The position numbers and the translations under genes were made by a program. Source: Chiloscyllium plagiosum (taxonomy: Eukaryota). Taken from it: 64,000 nt of DNA. This document shows positions 63,429 through 64,000 of this stretch, in pieces. The stretch is taken from NCBI RefSeq assembly GCF_004010195.1, contig NC_057718.1, positions 95,136,003-95,200,002 on the forward strand. Direction: 5' to 3'. The notes below the pieces were generated by a model. That model saw nothing but the letters and a program-made list of their open reading frames with translations. It did no database searches and was not told the origin of the DNA. Every line of letters starts with the position of its first letter. Position 1 is the stretch's first letter.

Positions 63429-64000
63429 GGAAGGAGAAAACCAGAAATCAAGCTTTGCTCCATTTAGATTCAAGAACGGAATAAAATTACATGTGCGTAA
63501 CTCATAATCTGCACCCCAACTATTGTTTCTTTATTTGCTGTCTCTCTATATATGCTTAATTAAATGAACACCTTTTATGGATTAAATGGACAATTAATAC
63601 CATGGTCACTTTGTCACTGTATCTGTGAAACAGCTATAACATTTAGAAATGCTACATGCTTTCAGATATAAAGCCTTTCACTCTTTTTAAAACCATAATG
63701 CACTATTATGTTTGTTTGTTCTCTCCATTCCTCTCACATCTTGTACTGCAACCCTGATTATTGCCCTAAGACATTTTCCAAAATTCAGTCCAAGATGTTT
63801 TCACAAGACTACATTGACCTGTCAGTGGCAAGTACAACATTGCTGATCTCTCTCCTGATGCAATTATCGTATGTAAAAGTTGAATTTTTGGATTACTTTT
63901 TAAGGTTACACTTATGGGGTTGTCTATTACATGAATACTACTTTTCAGGACTAAAATTCATGCTAAAGTCCAAAATACCTCATTATTTGTTTAGCAGAAG

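Overview
AT-rich eukaryotic genomic DNA, very probably from a shark or other elasmobranch, inferred from HE1-type and SacSINE1-like SINEs and CR1 LINEs. One intact protein-coding gene runs on the minus strand: GPCPD1 (GDE5, glycerophosphocholine phosphodiesterase; N-terminal CBM20 plus GDPD domain). I reconstructed 19 GT-AG coding exons from ATG 52521 to TGA 836. The phases are consistent and give 2070 nt, or 689 aa. The non-coding first exon and promoter are not securely in the window. The introns carry many CR1 fragments, SINEs, Penelope-like elements (PLEs), short PLE-type elements with hammerhead-ribozyme (HHR) cores, a TA-flanked Tc1/mariner-type MITE and LTR-like pieces. Three signals are most interesting. 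(1) A largely transposon-free stretch around coding exon 4 (about 42.2-48.3 kb) holds several candidate poison or alternative exons and stem-loops whose G-U pairs form only on the transcribed strand; one hairpin traps a 5' splice site in its loop, suggesting a structure-based unproductive-splicing switch. (2) A motif-complete minimal type I HHR lies at 39630-39669, alongside three families of short HHR-bearing elements. (3) Large inverted CR1 copies bracket coding exons 7-8. All structures and alignments were done by eye, and repeat boundaries are approximate.
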